Shown here one piece after another: positions 37,499-50,000 of a DNA stretch of 64,000 bases. Source of the DNA: Yuukianura sp. NJ FZ-2021. Lineage: Eukaryota. Under the pieces are notes generated by a model. The model searched no databases. It was not told where the DNA came from and was given only the letters and a program-made list of their open reading frames with translations. Within the stretch, counting starts at the first letter, position 1. The number at the start of each line of letters is the position of its first letter. The stretch is taken from contig JAJCTO010000011.1 in assembly GCA_046563655.1 (NCBI GenBank), positions 682,001 to 746,000 of the forward strand, in the 5' to 3' direction. The position numbers and the translations under genes are program-made.

Positions 37499-37507
37499 GG
37501 AGGCCAG
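37499..37507 (+). promoter_or_regulatory. Polypurine-tract-like plus-strand primer of element 1
   Basis: GGAGGCCAG immediately 5' of the 3' LTR. Confidence 0.7.
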
Positions 37508-38086
37508 TGTTGAGAATTACTCAGCATTATCCCAAATGGGAATAGAAATAATTTTAATATCAAATTGAAAGTGGGTTTAGGTTTAAGTGAAAATGAAAGT
37601 AATTTTAATTTGGAAATAGAATTAGTTTTAATTTAGAAGTTTAGTTTGCCTCGCATGAGAGGAGAAGAGAAGAGACGGAAATTAAGATGAATCTAAATGT
37701 AACCAAAGGGTTAATGTTGATCCACTTGCAGTGGAATTAGAATCAAAGAGAAAGGGTTAGCGTCTACTTTTAATGTGTAAATACTATCATTGTACTACTG
37801 AGTTGCGCACTAGAGTAAGTACAGTAGAGCGTCCGCAAAAGTCAACGCTTTCCATAAGGTAGAATCTCTCCCTCTTTTTACTACAGAAAAGATACACCAC
37901 AAGAAGAGAGTCTTCAAGTAGCTTTTGCAGAGGCAGCAACTTTAGATTCTCACAATTCACTTTTCAGTAACTTCAATCAGTTAAGTATTCATCTAATGTA
38001 AGTTTTGAGTTTTCAATTATTAAATAAATGAATCAATTAGAAAACGTTCAGTGTTCAGAATCTGGCATTCCATCCAACATTCTTCA
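37508..38086 (+). repeat. 3' LTR of Bel/Pao element 1 (579 bp)
   Basis: Copy of 31086-31664, followed by TSD AGCAG and in-register satellite. Confidence 0.97.
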
Positions 38087-41000
38087 AGCAGTTAGAGGTC
38101 AAATGTAACCAACAACGGGTACAAGCATGATATTCAGCTGTCATGACTAGAGATAAAAATTTTTACATGTTGGCGTCATGGGGTCGTTCTGCAAAATTTT
38201 CTTTTAGTGCAATCGAGAGGTGCCAGGAATCGACATGTGGCGAAAAGTGCGACAACTAGTGTGTTCCTAAGTAAAACACAGTAGCAGTCAGAGGTCAAAT
38301 GTAACCAACAACGAGTACAAGCATGATATTCAGCTGTCATGATTAGAGATAAAAATTTTTACATGTTGGCGTCATGGGTCGTTCTGCAAAATTTTCTTTT
38401 AGTGCAATCGAGAGGTGCCAGGAATCGACATGTGGCGAAAGGTGCGACAACTAGTGTGTTCCTAAGTAAAACACAGTAGCAGTTAGAGGTCAAATGTAAC
38501 CAACAACGAGTACAGGCATGATATTCGGCTGTCATGACTAGAGATAAAAATTTTTACATGTTGGCGTCATGGGGTCGTTCTGCAAAATTTTCTTTTAGTG
38601 CAATCGAGAGGTGCCAGGAATCGACATGTGGCGAAAAGTGCGACAACTAGTGTGTTCCTAAGTAAAACACAGTAGCAGTTAGAGGTCAAATGTAACCAAC
38701 AACGAGTACAAGCATGATATTCCGCTGTCATGACTAGAGATAAAAATTTTTACATGTTGGCGTCATTGGGTCGTTCTGCAAAATTTTCTTTTAGTGCAAT
38801 CGAGAGGTGCCATGAATCGACATGTGGCGAAAAGTGCGACAACTAGTGTGTTCCTAAGTAAAACACAGTAGCAGTTAGAGGTCAAATGTAACCAACAACG
38901 GGTACAAGCATGATATTCAGCTGTCATGACTAGAGATAAAAATTTTTACATGTTGGCGTCATGGGGTCGTTCTGCAAAATTTTCTTTTAGTGCAATCGAG
39001 AGGTGCCAGGAATCGACATGTGGCGAAAAGTGCGACAACTAGTGTGTTCCTAAGTAAAACACAGTAGCAGTCAGAGGTCAAATGTAACCAACAACGAGTA
39101 CAAGCATGATATTCAGCTGTCATGATTAGAGATAAAAATTTTTACATGTTGGCGTCATGGGTCGTTCTGCAAAATTTTCTTTTAGTGCAATCGAGAGGTG
39201 CCAGGAATCGACATGTGGCGAAAGGTGCGACAACTAGTGTGTTCCTAAGTAAAACACAGTAGCAGTTAGAGGTCAAATGTAACCAACAACGAGTACAGGC
39301 ATGATATTCGGCTGTCATGACTAGAGATAAAAATTTTTACATGTTGGCGTCATGGGGTCGTTCTGCAAAATTTTCTTTTAGTGCAATCGAGAGGTGCCAG
39401 GAATCGACATGTGGCGAAAAGTGCGACAACTAGTGTGTTCCTAAGTAAAACACAGTAGCAGTTAGAGGTCAAATGTAACCAACAACGAGTACAAGCATGA
39501 TATTCCGCTGTCATGACTAGAGATAAAAATTTTTACATGTTGGCGTCATTGGGTCGTTCTGCAAAATTTTCTTTTAGTGCAACCGAGAGGTGCCAGGAAT
39601 CGACATGTGGCGAAAAGTGCGACAACTAGTGTGTTCCTAAGTAAAACACAGTAGCAGTCAGAGGTCAAATGTAACCAACAACGAGTACAAGCATGATATT
39701 CAGCTGTCATGATTAGAGATAAAAATTTTTACATGTTGGCGTCATGGGTCGTTCTGCAAAATTTTCTTTTAGTGCAATCGAGAGGTGCCAGGAATCGACA
39801 TGTGGCGAAAGGTGCGACAACTAGTGTGTTCCTAAGTAAAACACAGTAGCAGTTAGAGGTCAAATGTAACCAACAACGAGTACAAGCATGATATTCGGCT
39901 GTCATGACTAGAGATAAAAATTTTTACATGTTGGCGTCATTGGGTCGTTCTGCAAAATTTTCTTTTAGTGCAACCGAGAGGTGCCAGGAATCGACATGTG
40001 GCGAAAAGTGCGACAACTAGTGTGTTCCTAAGTAAAACACAGTAGCAGTTAGAGGTCAAATGTAACCAACAACGAGTACAAGCATGATATTCAGCTGTCA
40101 TGACTAGAGATAAAAATTTTTACATGTTGTCGTCATGGGGTCGTTCTGCAAAATTTTCTTTTAGTGCAATCGAGAGGTGCCATGAATCGACATGTGGCGA
40201 AAAGTGCGACAACTAGTGTGTTCCTAAGTAAAACACAGTAGCAGTTAGAGGTCAAATGTAACCAACAACGGGTACAAGCATGATATTCAGCTGTCATGAC
40301 TAGAGATAAAAATTTTTACATGTTGGCGTCATGGGGTCGTTCTGCAAAATTTTCTTTTAGTGCAATCGAGAGGTGCCAGGAATCGACATGTGGCGAAAAG
40401 TGCGACAACTAGTGTGTTCCTAAGTAAAACACAGTAGCAGTCAGAGGTCAAATGTAACCAACAACGAGTACAAGCATGATATTCAGCTGTCATGACTAGA
40501 GATAAAAATTTTTACATGTTGGCGTCATGGGGTCGTTCTGCAAAATTTTCTTTTAGTGCAATCGAGAGGTGCCATGAATCGACATGTGGCGAAAAGTGCG
40601 ACAACTAGTGTGTTCCTAAGTAAAACACAGTAGCAGTTAGAGGTCAAATGTAACCAACAACGAGTACAAGCATGATATTCAGCTGTCATGACTAGAGATA
40701 AAAATTTTTACATGTTGGCGTCATGGGGTCGTTCTGCAAAATTTTCTTTTAGTGCAATCGAGAGGTGCCATGAATCGACATGTGGCGAAAAGTGCGACAA
40801 CTAGTGTGTTCCTAAGTAAAACACAGTAGCAGTTAGAGGTCAAATGTAACCAACAACGGGTACAAGCATGATATTCAGCTGTCATGACTAGAGATAAAAT
40901 TTTTTACATGTTGGCGTCATGGGGTCGTTCTGCAAAATTTTCTTTTAGTGCAATCGAGAGGTGCCATGAATCGACATGTGGCGAAAAGTGCGACAACTAG

Positions 41001-44000
41001 TGTGTTCCTAAGTAAAACACAGTAGCAGTCAGAGGTCAAATGTAACCAACAACGAGTACAAGCATGATATTCAGCTGTCATGACTAGAGATAAAAATTTT
41101 TACATGTTGGCGTCATGGGGTCGTTCTGCAAAATTTTCTTTTAGTGCAATCGAGAGGTGCCATGAATCGACATGTGGCGAAAAGTGCGACAACTAGTGTG
41201 TTCCTAAGTAAAACACAGTAGCAGTTAGAGGTCAAATGTAACCAACAACGAGTACAAGCATGATATTCAGCTGTCATGACTAGAGATAAAAATTTTTACA
41301 TGTTGGCGTCATGGGGTCGTTCTGCAAAATTTTCTTTTAGTGCAATCGAGAGGTGCCATGAATCGACATGTGGCGAAAAGTGCGACAACTAGTGTGTTCC
41401 TAAGTAAAACACAGTAGCAGTTAGAGGTCAAATGTAACCAACAACGGGTACAAGCATGATATTCAGCTGTCATGACTAGAGATAAAAATTTTTACATGTT
41501 GGCGTCATGGGGTCGTTCTGCAAAATTTTCTTTTAGTGCAATCGAGAGGTGCCAGGAATCGACATGTGGCGAAAAGTGCGACAACTAGTGTGTTCCTAAG
41601 TAAAACACAGTAGCAGTCAGAGGTCAAATGTAACCAACAACGAGTACAAGCATGATATTCAGCTGTCATGATTAGAGATAAAAATTTTTACATGTTGGCG
41701 TCATGGGTCGTTCTGCAAAATTTTCTTTTAGTGCAATCGAGAGGTGCCAGGAATCGACATGTGGCGAAAGGTGCGACAACTAGTGTGTTCCTAAGTAAAA
41801 CACAGTAGCAGTTAGAGGTCAAATGTAACCAACAACGAGTACAAGCATGATATTCGGCTGTCATGACTAGAGATAAAAATTTTTACATGTTGGCGTCATG
41901 GGGTCGTTCTGCAAAATTTTCTTTTAGTGCAATCGAGAGGTGCCAGGAATCGACATGTGGCGAAAAGTGCGACAACTAGTGTGTTCCTAAGTAAAACACA
42001 GTAGCAGTTAGAGGTCAAATGTAACCAACAACGAGTACAAGCATGATATTCGGCTGTCATGACTAGAGATAAAAATTTTTACATGTTGGCGTCATGGGTC
42101 GTTCTGCAAAATTTTCTTTTAGTGCAATCGAGAGGTGCCAGGAATCGACATGTGGCGAAAAGTGCGACAACTAGTGTGTTCCTAAGTAAAACACAGTAGC
42201 AGTTAGAGGTCAAATGTAACCAACAACGAGTACAAGCATGATATTCGGCTGTCATGACTAGAGATAAAAATTTTTACATTTTGGCGTCATGGGGTCGTTC
42301 TGCAAAATTTTCTTTTAGTGCAATCGAGAGGTGCCAGGAATCGACATGTGGCGAAAAGTACGACAACTAGTGTGTTCCTAAGTAAAACACAGTAGCAGTT
42401 AGAGGTCAAATGTAACCAACAACGGGTACAAGCATGATATTCAGCTGTCATGACTAGAGATAAAAATTTTTACATGTTGGCGTCATGGGGTCGTTCTGCA
42501 AAATTTTCTTTTAGTGCAATCGAGAGGTGCCAGGAATCGACATGTGGCGAAAAGTGCGACAACTAGTGTGTTCCTAAGTAAAACACAGTAGCAGTCAGAG
42601 GTCAAATGTAACCAACAACGAGTACAAGCATGATATTCAGCTGTCATGATTAGAGATAAAAATTTTTACATGTTGGCGTCATGGGTCGTTCTGCAAAATT
42701 TTCTTTTAGTGCAATCGAGAGGTGCCAGGAATCGACATGTGGCGAAAGGTGCGACAACTAGTGTGTTCCTAAGTAAAACACAGTAGCAGTTAGAGGTCAA
42801 ATGTAACCAACAACGAGTACAAGCATGATATTCGGCTGTCATGACTAGAGATAAAAATTTTTACATGTTGGCGTCATTGGGTCGTTCTGCAAAATTTTCT
42901 TTTAGTGCAACCGAGAGGTGCCAGGAATCGACATGTGGCGAAAAGTGCGACAACTAGTGTGTTCCTAAGTAAAACACAGTAGCAGTTAGAGGTCAAATGT
43001 AACCAACAACGAGTACAAGCATGATATTCAGCTGTCATGACTAGAGATAAAAATTTTTACATGTTGGCGTCATGGGGTCGTTCTGCAAAATTTTCTTTTA
43101 GTGCAATCGAGAGGTGCCAGGAATCGACATGTGGCGAAACGTGCGACAACTAGTGTGTTCCTAAGTAAAATACAGTAGCAGTTAGAGGTCAAATGTAACC
43201 AACAACGAGTACAAGCATGATATTCAGCTGTCATGACTAGAGATAAAAATTTTTACATGTTGGCGTCATGGGGTCGTTCTGCAAAATTTTCTTTTAGTGC
43301 AATCGAGAGGTGCCATGAATCGACATGTGGCGAAAAGTGCGACAACTAGTGTGTTCCTAAGTAAAACACAGTAGCAGTTAGAGGTCAAATGTAACCAACA
43401 ACGAGTACAAGCATGATATTCCGCTGTCATGACTAGAGATAAAAATTTTTACATGTTGGCGTCATTGGGTCGTTCTGCAAAATTTTCTTTTAGTGCAACC
43501 GAGAGGTGCCAGGAATCGACATGTGGCGAAAAGTGCGACAACTAGTGTGTTCCTAAGTAAAACACAGTAGCAGTTAGAGGTCAAATGTAACCAACAACGA
43601 GTACAAGCATGATATTCAGCTGTCATGACTAGAGATAAAAATTTTTACATGTTGGCGTCATGGGGTCGTTCTGCAAAATTTTCTTTTAGTGCAATCGAGA
43701 GGTGCCAGGAATCGACATGTGGCGAAAAGTGCGACAACTAGTGTGTTCCTAAGTAAAACACAGTAGCAGTTAGAGGTCAAATGTAACCAACAACGAGTAC
43801 AAGCATGATATTCCGCTGTCATGACTAGAGATAAAAATTTTTACATGTTGGCGTCATTGGGTCGTTCTGCAAAATTTTCTTTTAGTGCAACCGAGAGGTG
43901 CCAGGAATCGACATGTGGCGAAAAGTGCGACAACTAGTGTGTTCCTAAGTAAAACACAGTAGCAGTCAGAGGTCAAATGTAACCAACAACGAGTACAAGC

Positions 44001-47000
44001 ATGATATTCAGCTGTCATGATTAGAGATAAAAATTTTTACATGTTGGCGTCATGGGTCGTTCTGCAAAATTTTCTTTTAGTGCAATCGAGAGGTGCCAGG
44101 AATCGACATGTGGCGAAAGGTGCGACAACTAGTGTGTTCCTAAGTAAAACACAGTAGCAGTTAGAGGTCAAATGTAACCAACAACGAGTACAAGCATGAT
44201 ATTCGGCTGTCATGACTAGAGATAAAAATTTTTACATGTTGGCGTCATTGGGTCGTTCTGCAAAATTTTCTTTTAGTGCAACCGAGAGGTGCCAGGAATC
44301 GACATGTGGCGAAAAGTGCGACAACTAGTGTGTTCCTAAGTAAAACACAGTAGCAGTTAGAGGTCAAATGTAACCAACAACGAGTACAAGCATGATATTC
44401 AGCTGTCATGACTAGAGATAAAAATTTTTACATGTTGGCGTCATGGGGTCGTTCTGCAAAATTTTCTTTTAGTGCAATCGAGAGGTGCCAGGAATCGACA
44501 TGTGGCGAAAAGTGCGACAACTAGTGTGTTCCTAAGTAAAATACAGTAGCAGTTAGAGGTCAAATGTAACCAACAACGAGTACAAGCATGATATTCAGCT
44601 GTCATGATTAGAGATAAAAATTTTTACGTGTTGGCGTCATTGGGTCGTTCTGCAAAATTTTCTTTTAGTGCAATCGAGAGGTGCCATGAATCGACATGTG
44701 GCGAAAAGTGCGACAACTAGTGTGTTCCTAAGTAAAACAAAGTAGCAGTTAGAGGTCAAATGTAACCAACAACGAGTACAAGCATGATATTCAGCTGTCA
44801 TGACTAGAGATAAAAATTTTTACATGTTGGCGTCATTGGGTCGTTCTGCAAAATTTTCTTTTAGTGCAACCGAGAGGTGCCAGGAATCGACATGTGGCGA
44901 AAAGTGCGACAACTAGTGTGTTCCTAAGTAAAACACAGTAGCAGTTAGAGGTCAAATGTAACCAACAACGAGTACAAGCATGATATTCAGCTGTCATGAC
45001 TAGAGATAAAAATTTTTACATGTTGGCGTCATGGGGTCGTTCTGCAAAATTTTCTTTTAGTGCAATCGAGAGGTGCCAGGAATCGACATGTGGCGAAAAG
45101 TGCGACAACTAGTGTGTTCCTAAGTAAAACACAGTAGCAGTTAGAGGTCAAATGTAACCAACAACGAGTACAAGCATGATATTCCGCTGTCATGACTAGA
45201 GATAAAAATTTTTACATGTTGGCGTCATTGGGTCGTTCTGCAAAATTTTCTTTTAGTGCAACCGAGTGGTGCCAGGAATCGAAATGTAGCGAAAGGTGCG
45301 ACAACTAGTGTGTTCCTAAGTAAAACACAGTAGCAGTTAGAGGTCAAATGTAACCAACAACGAGTACAAGCATGATATTCAGCTGTCATGACTAGAGATA
45401 AAAATTTTTACATGTTGGCGTCATTGGGTCGTTCTGCAAAATTTTCTTTTAGTGCAATCGAGAGGTGCCAGGAATCGACATGTGGCGAAAAGTGCGACAA
45501 CTAGTGTGTTCCTAAGTAAAACACAGTAGCAGTTAGAGGTCAAATGTAACCAACAACGAGTACAAGCATGATATTCAGCTGTCATGACTAGAGATAAAAA
45601 TTTTTACATTTTGGCGTCATGGGGTCGTTCTGCAAAATTTTCTTTTAGTGCAATCGAGAGGTGCCAGGAATCGACATGTGGCGAAAAGTGCGACAACTAG
45701 TGTGTTCCTAAGTAAAACACAGTAGCAGTCAGAGGTCAAATGTAACCAACAACGAGTACAAGCATGATATTCAGCTGTCATGATTAGAGATAAAAATTTT
45801 TACGTGTTGGCGTCATTGGGTCGTTCTGCAAAATTTTCTTTTAGTGCAATCGAGAGGTGCCATGAATCGACATGTGGCGAAAAGTGCGACAACTAGTGTG
45901 TTCCTAAGTAAAACACAGTAGCAGTTGGAGGTCAAATGTAACCAACAACGAGTACAAGCATGATATTCAGCTGTCATGACTAGAGATAAAAATTTTTACA
46001 TGTTGGCGTGATTGGGTCGTTCTGCAAAATTTTCTTTTAGTGCAACCGAGAGGTGCCAGGAATCGACATGTGGCGAAAAGTGCGACAACTAGTGTGTTCC
46101 TAAGTAAAACACAGTAGCAGTTAGAGGTCAAATGTAACCAACAACGAGTACAAGCATGATATTCAGCTGTCATGACTAGAGATAAAAATTTTTAGATGTT
46201 GGCGTCATGGGGTCGTTCTGCAAAATTTTCTTTTAGTGCAACCGAGAGGTGCCATGAATCGACATGTGGCGAAAAGTGCGACAACTAGTGTGTTCCTAAG
46301 TAAAACACAGTAGCAGTTAGAGGTCAAATGTAACCAACAACGAGTACAAGCATGATATTCAGCTGTCATGACTAGAGATAAAAATTTTTACATGTTGGCG
46401 TCATGGGGTCGTTCTGCAAAATTTTCTTTTAGTGCAACCGAGAGGTGCCAGGAATCGACATGTGGCGAAAAGTGCGACAACTAGTGTGTTCCTAAGTAAA
46501 ACACAGTAGCAGTTAGAGGTCAAATGTAACCAACAACGAGTACAAGCATGATATTCAGCTGTCATGACTAGAGATAAAATTTTTTACATGTTGGCGTCAT
46601 GGGGTCGTTCTGCAAAATTTTCTTTTAGTGCAATCGAGAGGTGCCAGGAATCGACATGTGGCGAAAAGTGCGACAACTAGTGTGTTCCTAAGTAAAACAC
46701 AGTAGCAGTTGGAGGTCAAATGTAACCAACAACGAGTACAAGCATGATATTCAGCTGTCATGACTAGAGATAAAAATTTTTACATGTTGGCGTGATTGGG
46801 TCGTTCTGCAAAATTTTCTTTTAGTGCAACCGAGAGGTGCCAGGAATCGACATGTGGCGAAAAGTGCGACAACTAGTGTGTTCCTAAGTAAAACACAGTA
46901 GCAGTTAGAGGTCAAATGTAACCAACAACGAGTACAAGCATGATATTCAGCTGTCATGACTAGAGATAAAAATTTTTACATGTTGGCGTCATGGGGTCGT

Positions 47001-50000
47001 TCTGCAAAATTTTCTTTTAGTGCAATCGAGAGGTGCCATGAATCGACATGTGGCGAAAAGTGCGACAACTAGTGTGTTCCTAAGTAAAACACAGTAGCAG
47101 TTAGAGGTCAAATGTAACCAACAACGAGTACAAGCATGATATTCAGCTGTCATGACTAGAGATAAAAATTTTTAGATGTTGGCGTCATGGGGTCGTTCTG
47201 CAAAATTTTCTTTTAGTGCAACCGAGAGGTGCCAGGAATTGACATGTGGCGAAAAGTGCGACAACTAGTGTGTTCCTAAGTAAAACACAGTAGCAGTTGG
47301 AGGTCAAATGTAACCAACAACGAGTACAAGCATGATATTCAGCTGTCATGACTAGAGATAAAAATTTTTACATGTTGGCGTGATTGGGTCGTTCTGCAAA
47401 ATTTTCTTTTAGTGCAACCGAGAGGTGCCAGGAATCGACATGTGGCGAAAAGTGCGACAACTAGTGTGTTCCTAAGTAAAACACAGTAGCAGTTAGAGGT
47501 CAAATGTAACCAACAACGAGTACAAGCATGATATTCAGCTGTCATGACTAGAGATAAAAATTTTTACATGTTGGCGTCATGGGGTCGTTCTGCAAAATTT
47601 TCTTTTAGTGCAATCGAGAGGTGCCATGAATCGACATGTGGCGAAAAGTGCGACAACTAGTGTGTTCCTAAGTAAAACACAGTAGCAGTTAGAGGTCAAA
47701 TGTAACCAACAACGAGTACAAGCATGATATTCAGCTGTCATGACTAGAGATAAAAATTTTTACATGTTGGCGTCATGGGGTCGTTCTGCAAAATTTTCTT
47801 TTAGTGCAACCGAGAGGTGCCAGGAATCGACATGTGGCGAAAAGTGCGACAACTAGTGTGTTCCTAAGTAAAACACAGTAGCAGTTAGAGGTCAAATGTA
47901 ACCAACAACGAGTACAAGCATGATATTCAGCTGTCATGACTAGAGATAAAAATTTTTACATGTTGGCGTCATGGGGTCGTTCTGCAAAATTTTCTTTTAG
48001 TGCAATCGAGAGGTGCCAGGAATCCACATGTGGCGAAAAGTGCGACAACTAGTGTGTTCCTAAGTAAAACACAGTAGCAGTTGGAGGTCAAATGTAACCA
48101 ACAACGAGTACAAGCATGATATTCAGCTGTCATGACTAGAGATAAAAATTTTTACATGTTGGCGTCATTGGGTCGTTCTGCAAAATTTTCTTTTAGTGCA
48201 ATCGAGACGTGCCAGGAATCGACATGTGGCGAAAAGTGCGACAACTAGTGTGTTCCTAAGTAAAACACAGTAGCAGTTGGAGGTCAAATGTAACCAACAA
48301 CGAGTACAAGCATGATATTCAGCTGTCATGACTAGAGATAAAAATTTTTACATGTTGGCGTGATTGGGTCGTTCTGCAAAATTTTCTTTTAGTGCAACCG
48401 AGAGGTGCCAGGAATCGACATGTGGCGAAAAGTGCGACAACTAGTGTGTTCCTAAGTAAAACACAGTAGCAGTTGGAGGTCAAATGTAACCAACAACGAG
48501 TACAAGCATGATATTCAGCTGTCATGACTAGAGATAAAAATTTTTACATGTTGGCGTGATTGGGTCGTTCTGCAAAATTTTCTTTTAGTGCAACCGAGAG
48601 GTGCCAGGAATCGACATGTGGCGAAAAGTGCGACAACTAGTGTGTTCCTAAGTAAAACACAGTAGCAGTTAGAGGTCAAATGTAACCAACAACGAGTACA
48701 AGCATGATATTCAGCTGTCATGACTAGAGATAAAAATTTTTACATGTTGGCGTCATGGGGTCGTTCTGCAAAATTTTCTTTTAGTGCAATCGAGAGGTGC
48801 CATGAATCGACATGTGGCGAAAAGTGCGACAACTAGTGTGTTCCTAAGTAAAACACAGTAGCAGTTAAAGGTCAAATGTAACCAACAACGAGTACAAGCA
48901 TGATATTCAGCTGTCATGACTAGAGATAAAAATTTTTACATGTTGGCGTCATTGGGTCGTTCTGCAAAATTTTCTTTTAGTGCAACCGAGAGGTGCCAGG
49001 AATCCACATGTGGCGAAAAGTGCGACAACTAGTGTGTTCCTAAGTAAAACACAGTAGCAGTTAGAGGTCAAATGTAACCAACAACGAGTACAAGCATGAT
49101 ATTCAGCTGTCATGACTAGAGATAAAAATTTTTAGATGTTGGCGTCATGGGGTCGTTCTGCAAAATTTTCTTTTAGTGCAATCGAGAGGTGCCAGGAATC
49201 GACATGTGGCGAAAAATGCGACAACTAGTGTGTTCCTAAGTAAAACACAGTAGCAGTTGGAGGTCAAATGTAACCAACAACGAGTACAAGCATGATATTC
49301 AGCTGTCATGACTAGAGATAAAAATTTTTACATGTTGGCGTGATTGGGTCGTTCTGCAAAATTTTCTTTTAGTGCAACCGAGAGGTGCCAGGAATCGACA
49401 TGTGGCGAAAAGTGCGACAACTAGTGTGTTCCTAAGTAAAACACAGTAGCAGTTAGAGGTCAAATGTAACCAACAACGAGTACAAGCATGATATTCAGCT
49501 GTCATGACTAGAGATAAAAATTTTTACATGTTGGCGTCATGGGGTCGTTCTGCAAAATTTTCTTTTAGTGCAATCGAGAGGTGCCATGAATCGACATGTG
49601 GCGAAAAGTGCGACAACTAGTGTGTTCCTAAGTAAAACACAGTAGCAGTTAGAGGTCAAATGTAACCAACAACGAGTACAAGCATGATATTCAGCTGTCA
49701 TGACTAGAGATAAAAATTTTTACATGTTGGCGTCATGGGGTCGTTCTGCAAAATTTTCTTTTAGTGCAACCGAGAGGTGCCAGGAATCGACATGTGGCGA
49801 AAAGTGCGACAACTAGTGTGTTCCTAAGTAAAACACAGTAGCAGTTAGAGGTCAAATGTAACCAACAACGAGTACAAGCATGATATTCAGCTGTCATGAC
49901 TAGAGATAAAAATTTTTACATGTTGGCGTCATGGGGTCGTTCTGCAAAATTTTCTTTTAGTGCAATCGAGAGGTGCCAGGAATCCACATGTGGCGAAAAG

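Larger units (their letters stand above)
31086..38086 (+). mobile_element. Complete Bel/Pao LTR retrotransposon (element 1, 7001 bp)
   Basis: TG...CA LTRs at both ends, TSD AGCAG (31081-31085 and 38087-38091), PBS, PPT, and gag-PR-RT-RH-IN order with Bel/Pao motifs. No env ORF. Confidence 0.97.

Noticed and set aside
37076..37507. env-like third ORF in the Bel/Pao elements
   Set aside because: The regions between the integrase stop and the LTR are only ~430 bp (element 1) and ~220 bp (element 2), with no suitable ORF.
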